A stretch of 36,177 nt of DNA from Sphaeroforma arctica JP610 (Eukaryota). The position numbers and the translations under genes were made by a program. Of the stretch, positions 1-11,764 are shown piece after piece. The stretch spans positions 156,087-192,263 of the forward strand of contig NW_014040514.1 in assembly GCF_001186125.1 (NCBI RefSeq). The letters run 5' to 3'. The notes beneath the pieces were generated by a model. That model was not told the origin of the DNA. It ran no database searches and saw nothing but the letters and a program-made list of their open reading frames with translations. The first letter of the stretch is position 1. Each line of letters begins with the position of its first letter.

Positions 1-40
1 CCGTATTTCTACACTATGAGTATTATTTCTAGCCCACGTT

Positions 41-290
41 TGTAAAAGCCGGGCCTCCACATTTCATCCGACCAGATGTGCCAGTCTGATGAAGGCTAAG
101 TCGGTAATTCTTGATAAGTGGCAAGTTATTGGCTAATGCAATAACTATGGACATCAAGAGTATTTTTCTTTTTCTCTTTTCTCCGAAGCGCTATTATAAA
201 GCTATTGGCCGAACATCAATTTACGCCATTGATATCTGCAGCCGCGAGATTGCGTATTTGCAATTCTAATTTGTTCAGCCAAAAATTGCA
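41..290 (+). mobile_element. Short solo LTR related to the G3 LTR family
   Basis: Starts TGTAAAAGCCGGGCCTCCACAT, identical to the G3 3' LTR start (32376). 71-160 matches G3 LTR ~32697-32786. Ends ...CCAAAAATTGCA, similar to the G3 LTR ends (CCAAAACTTGCA / CCGAAAATTACA). No TSD seen and the 3' end is inferred. Confidence 0.7.
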
Positions 291-362
291 ACTGGGGAAT
301 AACATCTCGACTCACTTGGGCACTAGAAAAGCAGTACTGTACAGACCGAGCGTGAACACTTT

Positions 363-636
363 AGCCAATCCAAACCCCAAATCCCAGAAAAATCAAATAT
401 TGAGTTTTGGAATTATGATTGGAATATTTCTGATATTAGAGTCATCAGAAATATTAGCGGTAAACCCTGTAAGCTATACGGGGACTCCGCGTGTGAGAGA
501 AACACTTAAGTAAATCCTGAAGTCTAGTGAAAACACAAATAAAGACTCAGTTTTCCTAGCTGAAATAACCGTACTTGAAAAGAGTTCTATTGTATTCTTT
601 TGTCTCGTACCTTTCAGCTACTCTCCATACTCTACA
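363..636 (+). mobile_element. Diverged LTR of the G2 family, opposite orientation to G2; 5' end not located
   Basis: Reverse complement aligns with the G2 LTR 18551-18883, e.g. GGGACTCCGCGTGTGAGAGAAACACTTAAG (481-510) and terminal ...CTACTCTCCATACTCTACA ending at 636. Confidence 0.85.
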
Positions 637-1800
637 CTCACGGAAATATTTGTTCACGCACGAATTGTATAACGCCTCGCACATATTTCGTGGCCTTGGT
701 GAACACCCGTAGTGCCAGTAACTTGGAGGTCTCAGTAACTGCCAATAACACAAACCTCCAGGTGCCCGAGAAAAGACCCAAAAAAAAATCCGTGGTTTAT
801 TGTGCTGAGACAACGACGACGCGTTCAGGTTGCTACAAGGGGAATAAGATTCAAGAGACGGTTGCCCGTACATCTGAGACGAGCCACAAACTTTGCCTGT
901 CATTTGGACTTGCTCCCTCTATCTTTGCCAACCTATGACATCCCAAATTAAATGCTGCAGCCGGGGCTGAGCAGCATGTACACACGCAAAATGCAAATAC
1001 TGGAGTGCTTTGACTACACGTATACCAATACGTTGTACACCCAACAATGCGCGAGAAGGACACGCCAGCAGAATCAGCCACGGGTCCACTGCTTGTTAAG
1101 TGGTCGTGCGTGAACGTTTTGTGCTGGGGTTCTAACACAGGGTATCGCATCTGGACATCCTCACTAAAACCAATCGATAGTGGGATCACCCTAGAAGCGT
1201 GCATCATCAGTGTAAACAAATTGTTTTTCAGGACGCGGCTCTACGAGTACTACAAAGCTAAGCAACAAGTCATTAAGTGCTCTAAATGCTTCTCGCTGCA
1301 GTGCTCCTCGCACAAAATCGGCCTTGTCCGCCTGCAACAGGGCAAATAGAAGAGTCAAGATGCGTGTAAAATTCGGGACATAGTCTGACCACCAGCCGAC
1401 TGTGTGGTACAACCATTTCAACAATTCATTGGAAGTAGGTTCGCTAAGTGTCAGTAGCGTCTCTAGATGCCCCATTTCGCTTGTCGAACCTCTGTATGTA
1501 GTCTACTAGTCTACCAAGTATGACGACTGATTTCATGCACTGCGCTACACTACATGTCGACAACCGTAACTGCAGAGCAAAGTACACACAACGTGGCAGG
1601 TCCAGTGTTCATACGAGGCTTTATTGTGGGCGCATGATATTTCATCTATATACCAGACAACATCTTGTAGCCCTGCATACACGTCATTAAACATTAGTAG
1701 GTCGAAATGCGTATCTACAAAGAAGAAAATATGTATCTGGCGCTGACATAATGTACCCTTGCCCGATGTTGACTGTGGTTGCCCAACGTACAACTTTCAA
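637..1800 (-). pseudogene. pol: Degenerate Ty3/Gypsy pol fragment G0 (RT, RNase H start, integrase start), internally deleted
   Basis: Minus-strand translation gives VVWYIDEI (YxDD-like), GWWSDYVPNFTRIL...QREAFRALNDLL...VLVEPRPEKQFVYTDDA (RT thumb/RNase H start), then TTDFFLGL..GTWRFVLLAVTETSKL (integrase core start). Truncated at the LTR ending at 636. Confidence 0.8.
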
Positions 1801-1975
1801 TGTAGACAGGTACACTCGTTCGGTGGGCATATAGTGTGGATCAGCTCGCGACTAAGTGCTTGCGCGTTTGACATTGATTCGATATTGCTAGTCATCTACT
1901 AACTACAGGGTTGACAGACCCATGGTTTCCTGTACACTAAATGTGAAGCCGAGCACCAGTCTGACTTATCTGAAG

Positions 1976-2090
1976 AAAGTCTCTAAATGTACATTGAAAA
2001 TGTGGAAAAGTCACTTGAAATATTGATCGAATATGCGTAAATGTACATTTAGCGACAATTCCACTTTTTTGGTGTACATTTATTGACTTT
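1976..2090. repeat. Array of an ~18-bp motif AAAGTCACTAAATGTACA, two forward and two inverted copies
   Basis: Forward AAAGTCTCTAAATGTACA (1976) and AAAGTCACTTGAAA (~2007); inverted TGTACATTTAGCGACAATT (~2042) and TGTACATTTATTGACTTT (~2073). Confidence 0.65.
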
Positions 2091-2371
2091 ATTGTGCAAA
2101 ATTCGCTTAAATTTGAATTAAAGAGCCGTCGGCTTTATGCTTTTTTACGAATTAATGTGTTGAGGGCGAGGATGTTGCTTTTACTAATTGGTATTGATAT
2201 ATGCTACTTCATTCAAGCTTACCTCACTGCCTGGCGCGCGACACACGTGGTCTGTGATGCTCTTTTACAGAAACATACGAGTATAGTGTTTCGGAAATCC
2301 ATTTTCGAATTCTGATGTCATGTTGTACACTTGTGACATAGTCGTGCGAAGACAAAGCCTCTAAATCATGC

Positions 2372-3246
2372 ACGAGCTATGGATTTTCTGATACTGCTCG
2401 AGCATAGGCACAAAGTAAAGCCCCACATCTAAAACTGTCGTATTGGAGTACACCGCCTACTCTAAGGCTGTATGTATGTCGATTTATCTGTGATGCAACA
2501 TTTCATCCATCGTACTATATAACTGAATTGTTTGTCAGCTCTAGCAGGACTTGCCATACCATCTAGAATGGTGACTGTAGCTTTTATTTTGTGCAGTGTA
2601 ACAATCGATAAGTTCCAATGTGCGTTCCTATGATTCCACGGGATCAGTATAGAGATCTTTTCGGACCCCTGTGCGGGTCCCCTAAGTCGTAAGCTTTCTG
2701 CCATACGATACTTGTGTACGAGCTATGGATTTTTCTGATACTGCTCTAGCATAGGCACAAACTAAAGCTCCACATCTAAAACTCTCGTATTGGGTTACAC
2801 CGCCTACTCTAAGGCTGTATGTAGGTAACCTTATCTGTAAGGCAACATTTCATCCATCGTACTATATAACTGAATCGTTTGTCAGCTCTAGCAGGACTTG
2901 GCATACTAACTAGAATGGTAACAGTGGCCTTTATATTGTACAATGTAACAATCGCTAAGTTCCAATGTGCGTTCCTATGATTCCACGGGATCAGTACAGA
3001 GATCCTTTCGGACACCTGTGCGGGTATCGTAGGTCGTAAACTTTCTGCCATACGATACATATGTGTATCAGCATCACAGAAACGAACAGCCCGGGAGGGT
3101 AATCGCGACAAATGGTAGAATACCTCAGATATAAGCAATCCTTTGATCCAGTCTCCTGATTCACAGCATTGTAATACATACAATGTTTTCCTGCAAGATC
3201 CAGTCGCCGATACAAAATGACTTCGGCTCAGATTGTTTTGTGTCAC
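2372..3246 (-). pseudogene. Ulp1/SENP-like C48 cysteine protease remnant; catalytic half tandemly duplicated (~346-bp unit)
   Basis: LIPWNHRNAHWNL(S/A)IV...TILD (His, Asp) and, after a frameshift, LQYDSFRCGALLCAYA (Gln, Cys). Units 2372-2717 and 2718-3064 are near-identical. Confidence 0.8.
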
Positions 3247-3490
3247 CGCTCAAAGTATATCTACTTACAGCTGTAGTTATGTGTAAAAGCTCTTAGCAGT
3301 ATAATGGTACGCAGACTAATTCTGTATGAATGTACTTTAGTGTGTAAGATTTTTTACTAGGTTTGAATTATCGAATTCACTATAAAACAAGTACCACGTA
3401 AAATACCGAACTGATGTTGAACCCTGGTGTCATTAAAAAAGTTACGAAATGGTGTCGAACCCTGGTGTCAAAAAATATATACTGCACTGA

Positions 3491-3675
3491 AAAGTCACTA
3501 AATGTACATAAAAAAGTCACTCAATGTACTTCCAAAACTTTATTCTAAATAGGTTTGAAAAAGAAAATAAATATCACATTCAACGAATTTAATTGGGCAA
3601 TTCGAAAACGTACCCGTAAATTTGTATGTACATTTTGTGACTTTCCCATGTAGGCCATGTACATTTAGAGTATTT
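3491..3675. repeat. Second array of the same ~18-bp motif, two forward and two inverted copies
   Basis: Forward AAAGTCACTAAATGTACA (3491) and AAAGTCACTCAATGTACT (~3513); inverted TGTACATTTTGTGACTTT (~3627) and TGTACATTTAGAGTATTT (~3658). Confidence 0.65.
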
Positions 3676-3750
3676 CCTCTATTTTTTACCTTCTGCATTC
3701 GACAGGCTCGTTCGGACGTTAGTTCGATCCCCTATATAATTTTTCTATTT

Positions 3751-4018
3751 TGTAAAGGCACTGCAAAGAGATACGTAAGTTCACATGTAAGGAGTTCGTA
3801 GGAGTCTTAGTTTACTGACCTATACAAGGTCGGTTGCATTGAGTCACGGTAAGAAAGTGAGCCATTGCAACCGATTCGTTCACTATTTATACCCCGGAGA
3901 ATGACCAGTAGCAATCCTGTTGGCCAACATAAAAGTGACGCGCTAAAAGGACAACGAAAATATTTCGGCAACGGTTGAGGTTTTCATCAGAGGTAGGCAG
4001 GGGCCACAAGGTTTTACA
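3751..4018 (-). repeat. G1 3' LTR (268 bp)
   Basis: TG...CA ends with a 6-bp terminal inverted repeat; homologous to 9545-9619 and 20903-21031. Confidence 0.88.
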
Positions 4019-4196
4019 ATCCCCATCCGATTTGGAAAGAATATCGGATTCTAGGAATCGGTGGCTTGGCTGGATAATGAAAAGGTGGCTTGGTCGGACA
4101 ATGACAAAGCCAAAGGTCTCTGTATTATATTACTGTGGATAATTTTGTAAATAATGAAGGATTTCATATGACGTAGTATTATGGTTATAGCAATGT

Positions 4197-5520
4197 CTAG
4201 TGCGACACAGTTGTAGCCTCAAACATAGTGCGCCAGTCAAGGTGTTGATAGGCTCTATAGTTAGGATCAGAAGCCAGTGCATACACAAATTTTAAGGCAG
4301 ACTTTAAAGTAGTAATACGTGAAGGAGGGAGGTGAGCCGTACGAAGGATAACATCAACATCACGGAAGGTAGTTTGATCAATGGCATGCTGATGAACAGC
4401 AGTCAAAAACGTGGAAGCTCGCAGAGCACCAATAGATTTGTAGTGGAATACAGTGGCAGCAGGCCTATTCTTAGAATCAGCAGCTAACCGAGTCTTGTCG
4501 TATTCAGGAGCATCCTTAAATGGGCTGAGATAAAATAGCCAACGTGTGTAGAATGAAATACCACATGTGCCAGGGTCATTTGGGGCAGGAGTACCGATGG
4601 ATCCTCGATAAGCCTTGATTTTAGATCGATGGACTCCAAACTATTTAAGAGTAGCACGATTCTGAATGACGTGCATGACCGAAGGTTGAAGTGGTGCCGG
4701 ACCGCCCTACAACATACGGTCAGAGAAGGGTGTTGGCTTCATTTTATAGAGGACGAGGCGATGAACAGCGACCATCGGGGCGTCATATCGGTGACGGGTT
4801 GCCTGAACAGCCTGTGAAGCCTTGGATTTACGATTTCGTTCCCGGACAGCCTTGTCAGCAGTAGTAGGCTGATGGAATAATGTAAAGAAATGTGCATCGG
4901 ATCCAAATACTCATTGAGAATGTCTTCTATGTCACGATTGGTTGGGTGATGAAGATTAAACTTTCCAAATCTCAAGTGGGTTGGACACCATTGCGCTCAA
5001 TCCACGCAGTATATGTGTCAATTATTTCTTTGACAAGGCCATTATGGTGTCTATGGTCGGCAGTGGATACAACACAATACTGAGTATCTTGTTCATTGCA
5101 CCAATCAGTAAGTAGTTAACTATTTACGGGGCTGTCAGCATCTGCAATGTATTCTGCAGTGTATGCCAATTGTTCAGGTTACTGTTTCAATTTTGGATGA
5201 CATCAAAAGCTGATCTCTCATTATCTCGCATCGAGGCACTGGTAACATGCCTCGTGTATGCATCAATGCAGAACTATTGATAGCGGAAGCCGCGGGAGGT
5301 CTCATTGAAATCGAGATGTCGTACAGCACCAAAGTAAGTACCTTTCGTTGGCTGAGTTAAAGGTCCCATGGCTGGACCTGGTCCATCACCTTTACGAGAA
5401 CACCCAGTACAAGTATTGAGAAGACGAAGTAAAAAATCTGGGGCAACCATCCAAGCGAAGCGGTCATAAAGCAACCGGACCAACCGGAGGCGACGTGAAT
5501 GACCTCGCTTGACCATAAAA
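4197..5520 (-). pseudogene. G1 integrase (zinc finger, rve core, GPY/F) with an unassigned C-terminal extension
   Basis: GHS...FAW...CTGC; HLDF...GFRYQ*FCIDAYTR; HNGLVKE; *PYVV (GPY/F with a stop in place of Gly); VHRSKIKAY. Several stops and frameshifts. Confidence 0.75.
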
Positions 5521-6329
5521 TGCTAGTAAAACGCGTAGTACCCTACTAAGGGCAATGGGACGACCATTGATTTTATACGAAACTTTGGACAGAGCGATAA
5601 AAGCTTAAGGGAGAGTAATTAATTCATTTCCAATAGAGTGTGCGGACGAGAGACCACAGTATGGGTAACGTGGAGCTTCGTAGTACGTTCATTTCCAGCG
5701 AGATCAGGTGAATTAATATAAAACGGCTCGCGATTAAGGGAGGTAGAATATAACCCAAAGAGGAAGGGGAAGGTGCAGATGGCTGAGCACAATCCGCCGG
5801 TAGAGGATCAAGATGTGAAGAAAAAGCTTCAAGGTCATCCATTGAAACACCTTTCAATACAGAGTCTCCGTCTGGTTCAGAAGTAGTGCTAGCCGACGAA
5901 GGAATAAGTTTATCTGAAGGTTTAATAGGATGTATACGGATCAAAGAGTCGGGAGAAGGTGCACCCGTGGAATAGAGTGGAGGAGGCTGGAACCCAACTG
6001 AAGTAGGGGTCACAGACATATATGGCTGCCCGATCAAGTACCAGGTTGCTCTGATCGGACAACGGCGTAGGCATCGAAGCAAAAGTATATGGTGAGGGCG
6101 AAGATGGTGAAAGTTGTCTCAGTAAAAGAGTCACGAAGAGCATTTCCCAAATAAACTTCTTGTTTAGGGTCCACTTCGCGTTACGATGGGTTGCATTTGG
6201 ATAGAATCGTCACTGATAGTGGTGGGTTAGATATAGGGTTGCGAATTCCAATAGAAGGACCAAGAGCACCCACGGATTGCCAAAATGTAAGAAGCAATGG
6301 CAAAGGAGTAGAAGGAGTAGGGGTGGATA

Positions 6330-6745
6330 AAAGGCCAGCAAGTGTATAGTCTTATGGTGGTAAACCCAATGTTTCATGTCCTTTCTTAAGAAACGTATTC
6401 ACAGCATTTGTGATTAGACATCAACAAGATGATGGAATAACTGAGGTAGATATGGTGAATAATTTTAGTAAGACAAGATAGCACTTGCCTTCGAGTTTGA
6501 AGCTTTTGTGAAACGTTGGAAGAATTAATTTATTATTGCAGTATATTTAGACCATCGTGGGATGACTAGGTAGTTCCCGTTGTCAAACAGGGCAGTTCAG
6601 CAGTAGAACTCATAGTGCCACCTTGTAGTGCCCAGTAGGTTCATAGACGGTGACCCTTTAGACTGGCATAGGGGTCTAATTGCGGGAACCCCTATTTTTA
6701 ACCCAATAGGCAAAACCACGCCGGGTTCAACATGAGATCCTCCGG
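6330..6745 (-). pseudogene. G1 degenerate Dam-like amino-methyltransferase domain
   Basis: Across stops and frameshifts: EDLMLNPAWF...GFPQLDPYAS..HRL*TYW...NYLVIPRWS...VNTFLKKGHETLGLPP*, collinear with the G2 and G3 MTase motifs. Confidence 0.65.
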
Positions 6746-6859
6746 ATAGGCAGTTGGATGCGTGCGAAGGAATGCGATGAACAAAGGTGGAGGTGTAGCA
6801 AGAGGTGTAGGCCAGGAGACTCGTTGGGTTGTGAACAGCATAATTGGGCCAATAGTTGC

Positions 6860-8960
6860 TGGAGCTCGTGACATCATATCAGCCTCAAAATTCCAGTCAC
6901 CCGGTATATGTCTGATATATATGTTGTGTCTTTGAACTTCCTCGACCAGGCGAAGAACCTGATCACCCCTAGTAGATACTGGGAATTTCATGTGTGGGTA
7001 GAAGAGAGATATAACGGACTTGTGATCAGTCCATACATTTAAAGGGTGGTAACTTGGTGTGATAGGGATTTCATCTTTATCAAAACCATATGCGATGGTT
7101 TCAAGGTCAAAGATACGATATCGAGACTGGGCAGGATTGGGCTTGGTAGAACGGTAAGTAACGGGGAAGAGTCAGTCGGCACCAGTAGTCTAAAACTTTT
7201 TCCTGGGTCAAGGAGAGGTTTTGAGTCCTGGTATAGTTATAGGACACGATAACTGTAGAGCTTTCTTTAAGTGAGTACTCTCGCGCCCTGAATGGTCAGG
7301 GCGACGTGCCGATTGACGCTTGGTAGGTGTTGGTCATCTGAGTGGCGGCTCCTTAGAAGAGGAAAGGATCTGCTGAAACATAAGATTGGCTTTCAAGGCA
7401 GAATCAGCTTGGTCCGCCCGTTTGGTACTGAGGGGCTGGTAATATCCATTTGGGAAAGCTTGGAAGGGGGTTCATCTTGACGCGGTATGCGCACGAAAAG
7501 TCCTGAACCAACATCAATGGGCCACACATCTACAAAGAGATGTAGATAATGGGAGGCTTCCGGAGTCAAAAGCATGATGACACCCTTAATGGCCTCTATA
7601 ACCTATCGGTAAGAAGCATATGTAGCAGCAGTGCATACGTAAGGTACCTTTTCCTTTGTCGAATCAGTGAGTGGCATAAAGATCGAAGCCATGTTTGGTA
7701 CAATGTACTGTGACTATCAAATCATGGTGGCACAGAACACTTAGACCGCCGGTCGAAGGGAGTTGAGGGCCTTTAAACGGACTTGACTAACAGCAGTATA
7801 TGTAGATGATGGGAGGCTTCCGGAGTCAAAAGCATGATGACACCCTTAATGGCCTCTATAACCTATCGGTAAGAAGCATATGTAGCAGCAGTGCATACGT
7901 AAGGTACCTTTTCCTTTGTCGAATCAGTGAGTGGCATAAAGATCGAAGCCATGTTTGGTACAATGTACTGTGACTATCAAATCATGGTGGCACAGAACAC
8001 TTAGACCGCCGGTCGAAGGGAGTTGAGGGCCTTTAAACGGACTTGACTAACAGCAGTATATGGATGTATTGTAACACGACAACAGTATGCTTTCATACTG
8101 TCACGTAAGAGACAAAGATGAGGTTTTGACGCACGTAAGCGTACACCAGCCTTGTAACAAATACGTACCTAAGTAGGCAAAAGATTTCTGTATCGAGTAC
8201 TTGCTCGTGTTCCCCAATGCGACATTGTACCGTAATCAACACGGTGGTGTAACACATCACGTAGGTGTTGGAAGGTCTCATCCTTGATAGACTGAAGTAT
8301 TAATGTCATCATCTCGACACCCAAAGTCCCGGTATTAGGACCAACCATCTTCTCCTGAGGTTATCCAGGTAAGATAATCTCTAGAGAATTCAGCGTGCAG
8401 GTTATATTCATTGTAGAAATGATGTCTGTCTCCACGACGTGTAGTAAACACATCAAAATACGATACTAAAACCTACTGAGTCTCCCTGAGGCTCAGTGCG
8501 GTGTATTTATTCTTATATTTGATTGTCTACGTGGTCTACAAATAATTCACCTCGTGTGAATTAATTGTAAACTAATTCTAACTCCACACTGATAGTGGTT
8601 TAAGGGGACTTTTACTACAGACGGATATGGTCATTTCATTCTTGTTTTGTTGGTAACGGGTAGGGATGTACATGAAAGTGTACATTATTGATTTTGAAAT
8701 TCTGGCAGTAGCGAATTTCCTTGGTAGAGGTAGGTATAACCCGAGGGTTGTTTTGGGCTAAGACTGCACTCGACATTCAGAGGCTATAAAAGTTTCCTTT
8801 TTCAATAATGCCTGGCTTGAAGTCTCGAGAACATATCATTTCTTCCTGTCAGCGTATAAGTTCTTGATTATTCTGTTTGTAGGTTTTACAATGAGTAGTA
8901 AAATTATCCACAAAAGGTATCTTAATTTCATACCCGTGAATACTATTGTAGTTATCTGGG
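6860..8960 (-). pseudogene. pol: G1 reverse transcriptase and RNase H remnants
   Basis: KPGIIEKG; KAGVRLRASK; YIVPNMASIFMPLTD; LHLFVD...VGSGLF; KPILCFSRS; VWTDHKS; IRHIPGDWNFEADMMSR. Confidence 0.8.
7541..8060. repeat. Near-perfect 260-bp tandem duplication inside G1 pol
   Basis: 7541-7800 and 7801-8060 are essentially identical; one difference seen near the start. Confidence 0.95.
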
Positions 8961-9544
8961 TTGTCAGGACGAATACAACACATACGATAAAATGAAAATT
9001 TTAGCTTTGGATTTGTTCACGTGTCTTATTGAGGATTACACGATCAACACCAGACCAGTCGTAAATTTTTACTTTCCCTGGTGTATCGCGGCACTTGCGG
9101 TGTAATTTCACAATTGATGCATCGTCAATCACCGCAGGAATCAAACACCCACATGAGGGATAAAAGCTGTCGAAGAAGTAGTAATTTGTTGTAACTCAAG
9201 ATGACTATCGATGACCTTTCGTCAGGAGATGTCGTGTTGGACATCATAGGTTCAATCAAATGCCAAGAGCCAGGGTCAACAAAGTCACAGGACGATTGAG
9301 ACAAGATGCGCGACTATAAGTGGTTCACGCACTGCTTCAATAGCTATTGAAAGTGCTTTTCCTTCATGGAACCAGTATTTTTCTTGGCCCAAAAATAAAC
9401 CGGGAGAGCATCATTGGAACGTAGGATCCACACATGAGATGAATCGAAATCGTTGTTGATGTTTCGAACCATCATGTAATTGAGAAGAGTCGTAAGTAGC
9501 TGAAAATCCCTATTCTCACTGTGAGAAGCAGCCTTTAGGTCAAT

Positions 9545-9619
9545 TGTAAAGGCACCGCAAATATTAAAAAATAAAATATGACATAGTATATATGTAAGCC
9601 ATTGCAACCAATTCACTCA
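9545..9619 (-). repeat. G1 5' LTR, left part
   Basis: TGTAAAGGCACCGCAAA...GCCATTGCAACCAATTCACTCA matches the 3751 LTR start and 3861-3882. Confidence 0.8.
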
Positions 9620-9698
9620 ATTACCAAGGCATACGACAAGGTGGCTCTCCCGCGCCTGTGGGTACTTCTGCGCCACCATGGAATACCCAAAAACTGGA

Positions 9699-9980
9699 TG
9701 TAGAGTTTGAGAGTAGCTCATAAGAAACGACCAGAAGAAACAATAGACCTCTTCTCAAGTGCGAATCCTACAGCTAGGTAAAGGTCCTAGGCTGAGATAT
9801 AATATTTTCTACACTAGACTCTCACACGAGTCCTGGTATCATCTACCGGTACTCCCGCTATATTTTTGATCACTCTATCATCAGAAATGTTGGATCCTAG
9901 ATCCAAAACTCAGTATTTGATGATCCTGGGGTTTGGATTTAGGATTGGCTGTTCTGATAATCTGGCCCCTGGATGCTACA
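9699..9980 (-). repeat. G2 3' LTR (282 bp, with small internal deletions)
   Basis: Direct repeat of 18551-18883 with TG...CA termini. Confidence 0.95.
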
Positions 9981-9990
9981 GCCCCCCAAC
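9981..9990 (-). other. G2 polypurine tract
   Basis: GTTGGGGGGC immediately precedes the 3' LTR in element orientation. Confidence 0.7.
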
Positions 9991-10255
9991 TTTATGCTTC
10001 TCAGCCTGCGTAGGAATAAAAAGTGACATCTTAAAGGACTGGATTATCTAGAGGTTGGTGTTTCGTACAGGGAAAAACTTGTCCCGTAGGGGGCATTGAA
10101 AAACCTGCCACCATTCTCTATTTTAACATATTACTTGTTAAATTAATTTATACTAAATAACAGGAGTACTCTACCACGCCCATCGGAGTCAGTCTTGACC
10201 TGTGCTCTCGGTCGATCTCAACTTGGCTTAGGGAAACACATCTCAACGGTGGCTC

Positions 10256-11660
10256 TCAACCGAGTCTTTGGTCCTTATACCTCTGGTGTGTGGGCAGAGC
10301 ATGCGTCAAGGTGAAAAAAGTGGGAGTGTCCTTTGGTGTCAGTGAAACTTGGCTAAGTTCCCGCCTCGTGCGCTGCCTGTTGCTCGCTGATCGTACATCA
10401 GTGCTGGTTGCTGTTGACTTCTTCGGCCTGGATTGCCTTCGCTTACGTCGTTTACTCTGTCGATATATCGTAAGAATATCTGGATCTGCGATGTCTGATT
10501 CATGTGTCCAGGTGCGCTCTCCATCTGTCCATTGCAGTAGGTAGTCCTGGGTTCCTCCGCCTCTTGTGGATTCTCTGTGGTCTAGTATGGAGGATAATTG
10601 AGTCTCTTCTGATGGTTGGACTTGATTGTTGGTAGTGAATTCTTCGGATTCGCTAGCCTTCTTGACTAACCCAATTAGCTCATCATTGACTGAGTTGGGA
10701 TATTCGGGGGCGCTAGTTCCATCAAGGTTACAGACGAAATATCCGTTGCCCTCTTTGCTTGCTATCTTGTATGGTCCTCCATATGGTGCTGTCATTTATC
10801 CATTTCACCTAGGCAACAAACCATCACAATATTCCCTTCTTGGAAGTGTACATACTTCTCTTGAAATTTTCGATCAAATGCTGCGCGCATTTTCTTTTGA
10901 TATTGTGCCACATTGGCGTCTAGTTGTGGTCGTATTGACTCTTCTAGATTCTATAGTCGTGTTTCCCATGGTGTTGTTGTACCCGGTGCATTGACTGTCG
11001 TGTCATAATTGGTGAGTTTGTTTTGTCGTCGCCCATAGTACACATTGAACCTTGGTGATTTGTGTCTGCGTGACGAACGGTGGTTGTGGCCCATTTGGAC
11101 AAATGGTAGGCGTGAGCACCAGCTGCCTGGATTTTGTTCAATAGAATTTCTTAGTAAAGGAATGAGGCCTCTGTGTGAGCGCTCCTTTGCTCCCATTACC
11201 TTGGGTTGATATGGTCTGGACACTAAGTGTTGTGACGGTGCCTGCTCAATGATTTTTGAGAGTATATCATTCACGTATTTTGTGCCCTGATCTGTCTGTA
11301 TGACTTGTGGAAATCAATGTTCACACATAATTGGAACTAGTGTTCGTGCAACAGTGGCTGCCGATTTGTCCATCATCGGTCTCAGTATAGCGTATGATGA
11401 ATACACATCTAGCCATACCAGGACGTACGTGTTGCCCATATTCGAGTCTACCAAGGGACCGATGGTATCCACTTGTATCCTATCGCCCGGGAATGCGGCT
11501 GTTATTGATTGTAAAGGGTGGAATCCTTTCTAGTGAATTTTTTTCTAGAGACATGGTACACAGCCCTCAATATATTGGTTGACATGTTCCTTCTGTCGAG
11601 ACCATGTGTGGCCATCTAGTGTGAGTTTGTTCACTGTTACTTCGGCAGTGTAGTGACCTA
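10256..11660 (-). pseudogene. G2 integrase with GPY/F motif and chromodomain (~10455-10600)
   Basis: IQVDTIGPL...YVLV; IQTDQGTKYVN; SRPYQPKVMGAKERSH; YGGPYKI; LSSILDHR...DYLLQWTDGERTWTHESDIADPDILTIY. Frameshifted. Confidence 0.9.
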
Positions 11661-11764
11661 CTGTGTAGAGCTATGAGTGTGGCTTTGTCTTCATACGTGA
11701 CTGTGTCTAGCTCTGCTGTTTCGTCCGCGATGTGTATGGGTGCAATGTTCACTGCTGGGTGTGT

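Noticed and set aside
9531..9553. Hairpin GCCTTTA...TAAAGGC across the G1 LTR boundary as a priming structure
   Set aside because: Only 7 bp, and G1 seems to have lost most of gag next to this LTR, so the junction may not be original.
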